A stretch of DNA of 64,000 nt from the human T2T-CHM13v2.0 reference genome, Homo sapiens, in NCBI RefSeq assembly GCF_009914755.1, contig NC_060929.1, one strand, 5' to 3'. A program made the position numbers and the translations under genes. The notes beneath the pieces were generated by a model that did no database searches, had not been told where the DNA came from, and worked only from the letters and a program-made list of their open reading frames with translations. Positions 58,420-64,000 of the stretch are shown piece after piece (position 1 is the first letter of the stretch; each line of letters begins with the position of its first letter).

Positions 58420-58750
58420 CTTTTTCCTTTATTCAACAATTTAATGTTTACAGTGTCGACCATCTATGCCAATTATTCAACAATTGAATGCCACTATGTA
58501 GACTCCGGTGATACCATTTACTTCTTCATCAGTAAGAAAATAATGAAATTAACTTTCCCAGGAGCCTAAAATGAATGAGTAGAGATAGATAATAAATAAG
58601 TAAACACATAAAATCCAATATATCCATAATGTGATGAATACTATAATGAAATAAACAGAGCTATGGGATAATTAGAAAGCTGGAATGTGCTAATTTAAGA
58701 CAGTGGTAAAGAAAGTTGATATCTGCGAATATGACATTTGAGCCAAAACA
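58420..58750 (-). mobile_element. L2 remnant
   Basis: ttattcaacaattgaatgccactatg..ggagcctaaaat..gacatttgagc. Confidence 0.55.
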
Positions 58751-59169
58751 AAAAGTTAGCTACTCCAGTGCCTTTTCATGAGGTCTCCTTCCTTTTGATT
58801 TATTGTAAATTTGTCTTCAGGAAATTTCCTCTCTTCACTCATTTATCTAAACATTTGCTAAATAGTGCTTTATACAGAATACTAGTTCAAGATGCATAAC
58901 AGAAGATAAAAATTTAACCAAATGTTAAATGTTACTTTTTAAAAATAAATTATTGACATTGTGTAACATGTGAGCCACAAGCCATTTATATCACTGTCTC
59001 AATTGCTAGTCTTGTCAATATTCCATCTCCTATTGAGAAACAAACAACAGATGGGGTACCCTGTTGCCTGAGCGAAACATACACCTGATTTCCTGTCCAC
59101 TGATATCCTCTTTTCAGACTTCTCTTCATTAACATATTATTGCTTTAAATCATCAGTGCACTTTTGTAG

Positions 59170-59365
59170 GTAATAGTGGGTGCTCTCAATTTATGATCTC
59201 TCTCAGAATCTTCTAAGATTCTCCTTAAGAAAGAAAATTTTCAAAACTTACCCCACAAAAATTCTAATACAATAGATTTCTAGTGCATCAAGAAAATCTA
59301 GTTTTAACAACCACCAGAGGTGATTTCAATGTAGAGGGTACTCAAAATGCATTGATAAAAATGGG
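59170..59365. mobile_element. MER5-like hAT MITE remnant
   Basis: tctcaa..cagaatc..accccacaaaaattctaat..ccagaggtgatttcaatgtag layout. Confidence 0.4.
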
Positions 59366-59440
59366 TTATGCCATTTTTCACATGATTATGTCATAATTAC
59401 TCTCTTGCTGTTTTGGCATGGCAGACACCAACAATTTATT

Positions 59441-60221
59441 TACTTATTTGTTTATTATTATATTTCAATAGTTTGGGAGAAACATGGATATGTTCCTTAG
59501 TGTTGATTTCTGAGATTTTGGTGCACCTGTCACCTGAGCAGTGTACAGTGTACCCAATTGTAGTCTTTTATCCCTCACCCCCACTCCCATCTTTCCCCCT
59601 GCATCCCAAAAGTCCATTATATCATTCTCATGGCTTTACATCCTCATAACTTAGCTCCCACGTATAAGTGAGCACATGCGATATTTGGTTTTCCATTTCT
59701 GAGTTACTCCACTTAGAATAATGGTCTCCAACTCCTTCCAAGTTGCTGCAAGTGCCATTATTTTATTCCTTTTTTATGGTTGGGTAGTATTCCATGGTGT
59801 GTATATACCACATTTTCTTTTTCCAGTGTTTGTTTGATGGGCATTTAGGCTGGTTCCATAATTTTGCAACTGCAAATTGTGCTACTGTAAACATGGGTGT
59901 GCAAGTGTCTTTTTCATACAAAGACTTCTTTTCCTTTGTGGATTTTCTTGTGGAATTGTTGAATCAAATGGTAGTTCTACTTTTAGTTCTGTAAGGAATT
60001 TCCACACTGTTTTCCATAGTGATTGTACTAGTTTATATTTCCACCAGCAGTATAAAAGTGTTGCCTTTTCACCACATCCATGCCAACATCTATTTTTTTT
60101 AAATTATGGCTTTAGGCAAAAGAAATAATAAGCACTGTAAACAGACAACCCACAGAGTGGGATAAAATATTTGCAAACTATACATCTGACAAAGGACTAA
60201 TATCCAGAATCTACAAGGAAC
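59441..60221 (-). mobile_element. L1PB1/2-like LINE-1 with 5' inversion
   Basis: Antisense 3' part 59441-60110, then sense ORF2 piece 60116-60221; near-TSD aacaatttatt 59430-59440 / aacaatttgtt 60219-60229. Confidence 0.85.
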
Positions 60222-60242
60222 AATTTGTTCGTCAAAAAAAAA

Positions 60243-60341
60243 AATTATTTCAATAGCTTTAGGGGTACAAGTGGTTTTTGGTTACATGGATGAATTGTAT
60301 ACTGGTGAAGTCTGAAATTTTACTGCACCTGTCACCTGGGT
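60243..60341 (-). mobile_element. L1PB3/4-like extreme 3' fragment
   Basis: tatttcaatagctttaggggtacaagtggtttttggttacatggatgaattgtatactggtgaagtctga. Confidence 0.8.
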
Positions 60342-61140
60342 AAAGATACCAACAGTTTAAAGACTTCTATAGAAAGTAACTCTGTATGTAGACCTTTCCA
60401 AGGTAAAGAGAAGGATAATGGTTGGCAGAAGGGACATCTAACAAGATTGCACGTTTGGCAGAAGGCACAGCAAGTAAAAAAGAGTTATTATCTATGAAAA
60501 CAATACAAAAGAAATGTGAAGAACTACAGAAGAATACAAAGAAATTGGAATAAGAAGTAATAAACCTTGAAAGCCACACAGAAATGAATATGGCAGAATG
60601 TGGACAATTAGAACAGTATCAATCAGAGACTAAAGAAAGAGCAAGACAGGTAATAGTAGAAAAATTAAATGAAGTCAATCTGTTTTTACAGAACTAATGA
60701 GAGACTAGCAGAGGTCAGTACCAAACTTCTTGTGGAGAAAGAGCAGACCAGATCTTTATTTACTAATCATACTACAAGGCCAGTCCTAGACTCACCTTGT
60801 GTTGGAAATCTTAATAATAGTTTAGGGCTCTACAGAAAACATATTCCAAGAGAAAACTTAATGATCCCTACCTCAGGCCCACAGACTTCAAATAACAGAA
60901 TAAAGAACTACTTGTTGAAGATACAGCAAGAGTTGCAAGAAAGCACAACTAGAGAACTAAAAAAAGATGTGGCTGAATTTGAATCTGGATCCTATGTAGC
61001 TTCTCCTCTAGGGTCTACTGATGAGTCAGATTTAAATCAAGATCTAGTTTGGAAAGTATCATGAGAATATGTAGAGATTTTTAAAAAACTATATGATCTG
61101 AAAGATAATAACATTTTACTGGGCTTTTTTTTAAAAAAAA
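60342..61140 (+). pseudogene. ANKRD26P-like: Processed (intronless) ANKRD26-family pseudogene fragment: C-terminal coiled coil, stop codon and short 3' UTR
   Basis: [51 protein letters not shown], then [65 protein letters not shown] closely matches the ANKRD26 C-terminus as I recall it; premature stops 60551-60553 and 61062-61064; ancestral stop 61099-61101; A-run 61133-61140. Confidence 0.88.
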
Positions 61141-61487
61141 TGTTCCTCTAAACCTTTATGGTTTTATTTTATTACCATAACTATTAAGGCCATGCCTCAT
61201 TCCCAAGTACTTGGAGGGAGTACAAACATACAAATTTACAGAGCACATTTCCTACATGAGCACCTGAAACCCTCTTAGCTTAACAAACACACTCCAGGTC
61301 TGGGCATGTCTGAGTATTAGACAATATCAGATTCCTCACTTATTTCTCTTCTTTAGACTTTGCCTTCTCAAATATACATTATTAATTCCTATTAATAAAT
61401 GAGATTTTTCTGACTACTGTGGCCTAAAGTACATTTCATGCAATTCCTATAACTCTAAAAGATAAAAAAAAAAATAAGTTAAATTAT

Positions 61488-61640
61488 ATTAGAATTGGAT
61501 GGTGCCTTAAAGATCATTTAGTTTATTCAAACATTTCTAAGAACAGGGGAGATTAAATAAATTGCTTCATGTAACCCATTTAATTAGTGGCCCATCTAGA
61601 TTATCTTCTAATTCATGAAATGATGCTCTCTTGAGCAAGC
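61488..61640 (-). mobile_element. MIR3/MIRc remnant
   Basis: ttagaattggatggtgccttaaagatcatttagt..aaattgcttcatgtaaccc..aattagtggc. Confidence 0.55.
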
Positions 61641-61992
61641 CATATTTACTAATAAGAGATCATATTTAGTACGAACAAGGTATTTCATGTTTTTGCTTTT
61701 TTTTCTTTTTATGACATAAAACTGATTTAAGAATCAGTTTGTAAACTGCTGCAGACCATGGCCAAAACTTCCCCTGTATTCCCCTCAGAAGTGACTGGCA
61801 CACAGTGGTTACTCCAAAATGATATACACCACATTCTTTTTTCTCAATTTTTTTTAATAGCAACCCATATAGAAACCCACAGTATAAACCCATGTGCATT
61901 AACAGAAAAATAAATTAATTGGAAAAAGAATAAAAAGGAGGCAGAGACAGAAAAATGGGCACAAGGAAAAGCAACCAGACCAAGCTAAGCAG

Positions 61993-62006
61993 GTTGCCTT
62001 GGTAAC
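61993..62006. promoter_or_regulatory. RFX X-box motif
   Basis: GTTGCCTTGGTAAC fits GTNRCC-N2-RGYAAC exactly. Confidence 0.5.
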
Positions 62007-62063
62007 ACCAGTTTCAAGGGTTTTGTTCTTTTAAAAAGCCTCACATTTCTGACAGGATACCGA

Positions 62064-62077
62064 GCACCATCTAGTGG
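62064..62077 (-). promoter_or_regulatory. CTCF core motif
   Basis: Minus strand CCACTAGATGGTGC, 13/14 to CCASYAGRKGGCRS. Confidence 0.55.
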
Positions 62078-63384
62078 TGATATTTCAAATTCAAACAATC
62101 CACACTTTCAGGCTCAATTTCAAACAAAACTAAAATGTGGTACTTTTGTTTGTTGGTTTTTGTTGTTGTTTTAGTAAGATGCAACCCACCAGTTCTGAAA
62201 TACACACATAGAGACTCAGTGACAGAGACAGAAATTGTTTTGTGTGCATGTGCAAAATGAAGACTTGGAAGATTTGTGATTATAATTTACTGAAGGGTCT
62301 TTTAGAAAATACTATTTATCACAAAAGACCAATCATATGAGATTTGCTTAAAACTTGAATAATATGTGCATAATATCTAAAATTACAAGTTTATTATGTC
62401 AAATATATAAAAGTATAAGTGTATGACACACTCAGAGCTCTATTCAAATAAAGTACCCATTTTGATTAATTTGCATTGATTATATTACAGAGCTAAACAG
62501 GGAGGGAGGGAGAGAAAGAAGAAAGACAGAGAAAGACCCCTTATTTTGGAGAAATTTGGTGCATTTGCAAGGGAGATGGAGGTTCAATTTTATAAATACT
62601 TTTCTCTTAATACCAACCATACTAAGCCTGCTTTGGGTATTAGCTACCCAAACATAGGTATAAATGAAAAACTATACTCAAAGTAAAACTTATTGTATTC
62701 CAAAGATATACTCACAACAAAAACTTAACCAAGATTATTCATTTTACACATTTCATTCAAGCATAATAATACCTTGTTTTTGAAGCTTATATAAGTTATG
62801 TATATTCCAATATTGTAAAACTCCCTTAAATCTCTTAAATCTTAAAACTCTCTAAAGCTTTGGGGTGAAGATTTTCAGATTTTATATTAAATTTTAATAT
62901 TTTGATAATTTTTTTATATCACGTATGTAGGAGCCAGGTGGAGAAAGACTAAGAGCTGGAAGAAAAGAGGTATGCAAAGATGATTTATATAAACATCAAG
63001 ATTTCAAATAAAGTAATAAGCTTTTGTCAATTTTCCAGGATATTTTCTCTCCTTGTAATGTTCATTTCACCATCCTTGTCCAAGAGAAGTCTTTTTCATC
63101 CCACAAGACTTAGAGTCACTTGCAAAAAAAAAAAAAAAAACTTCCAGCCGTCCATAATTTTTTCCATGTTCCCATTAGTGATTATGAATGCCTTTGTTTC
63201 TCAAGGATCCCCAATCCTATCTTCTGAGAAACTTTGGAAATTACTAGAGATTTGTATTGAGTTGGTCAGGATTAAGCCTAGATATTGGTATTTTTAAAAT
63301 TTCTCCAGAGACCCCAAAGCTTGGACAAAATTGTAAATACCTGCTTTATATTACCCCTTTCACGTTACATTGCAATCATGAGTT

Positions 63385-63510
63385 TATGTGTTTGTCTGTG
63401 TCCACTTAATTGTAAACCTTTTCAGGGAAGAAGAATTATCTTATTTGGCATTTTTACCTTTAGCCCTTAAAGATTGTTGGTATATATTAGATACTCAGTA
63501 AATATGAATA
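63385..63510 (+). mobile_element. L2 3' end remnant
   Basis: tgtttgtctgtgtccacttaattgtaaaccttttcagggaagaagaattatcttatt..atactcagtaaatatgaa. Confidence 0.55.
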
Positions 63511-63612
63511 GTATTAATATAATGTAACAATCCTGAGAGGACCTTAGGTTAATATAGGAGATAAATATTTTGGAATCCTGAACCCTGGGATTGAGACAGT
63601 CTAGTATAGGGT

Positions 63613-63979
63613 TGATGTGGTTTGGCTCTGTGTCCCCACCCAAATCTCATCCTGTAGCTCCGATAATTCCCACATGTTGTCGGAGGGACCCTGTGAGAGA
63701 TAATTGAATCATGGGAGTTTGTCTTTCCTGTGCTGTTCTTGTGATCGTGAATAAGTCTCAGGACATCTGATGGCTTTACAAATAAGACTTTGCCTGTGCA
63801 AGCTCTCTCTTTCCCTGCCGCCACCCACGTAAGATGTGACTTTCTCCTCCTTGCCTTCCGCCATGACTGTGAGGCTTCCCCAGACACGTGGAACTGTGAG
63901 TTCTCCATTAAACCTTTCCTTTGTAAATTGCCCAGTCTCGGGTATGTCTTTATCAGCAGCGTGAAAACAGACTAATATA
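63613..63979 (+). mobile_element. THE1A/B-like MaLR solo LTR
   Basis: tgatgtggtttggctctgtgtccccacccaaatctcatc ... gaaaacagactaatata; 5-bp TSD agggt 63608-63612 / 63980-63984. Confidence 0.93.
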
Positions 63980-64000
63980 AGGGTGCTGTTAGAAAAATGT

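Noticed and set aside
60669-61064. 131-aa ORF as a functional gene
   Set aside because: N-terminus is out of frame with the homologous upstream segment; premature stops and frameshift; pseudogene.

Overview
Primate (very probably human/great ape: AluY, L1PA3, LTR12C present) AT-rich, repeat-dense, apparently intergenic or deep-intronic DNA. I see no intact protein-coding gene, RNA gene or prokaryote-type system. Nearly all long ORFs in the track are decayed L1 ORF2, ERV pol/dUTPase or Alu/LTR read-through. Main contents: two 5'-truncated L1PA3-like elements with extra sequence after their tails (5.3-9.0 kb, 11.5-12.6 kb); a deeply nested L1/Alu/MaLR/hAT cluster with a full-length old L1PA15/16-like element (19.6-29.6 kb); a composite ERV1 pol / MLT2A1-HERVL dUTPase / MER57-like LTR block (37-40.5 kb); a solo LTR12C with 4-bp TSD (45.5-47.1 kb); a processed ANKRD26-family pseudogene fragment that appears to record an exon-skipped, chimeric transcript (60.3-61.1 kb); and a non-repeat RFX X-box plus CTCF motif pair (62.0 kb). 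Repeat subfamily names come from remembered consensus sequences and need RepeatMasker/Dfam confirmation. I found no evidence for a new biological system; the best leads are retrotransposition/repair scars and candidate regulatory elements.
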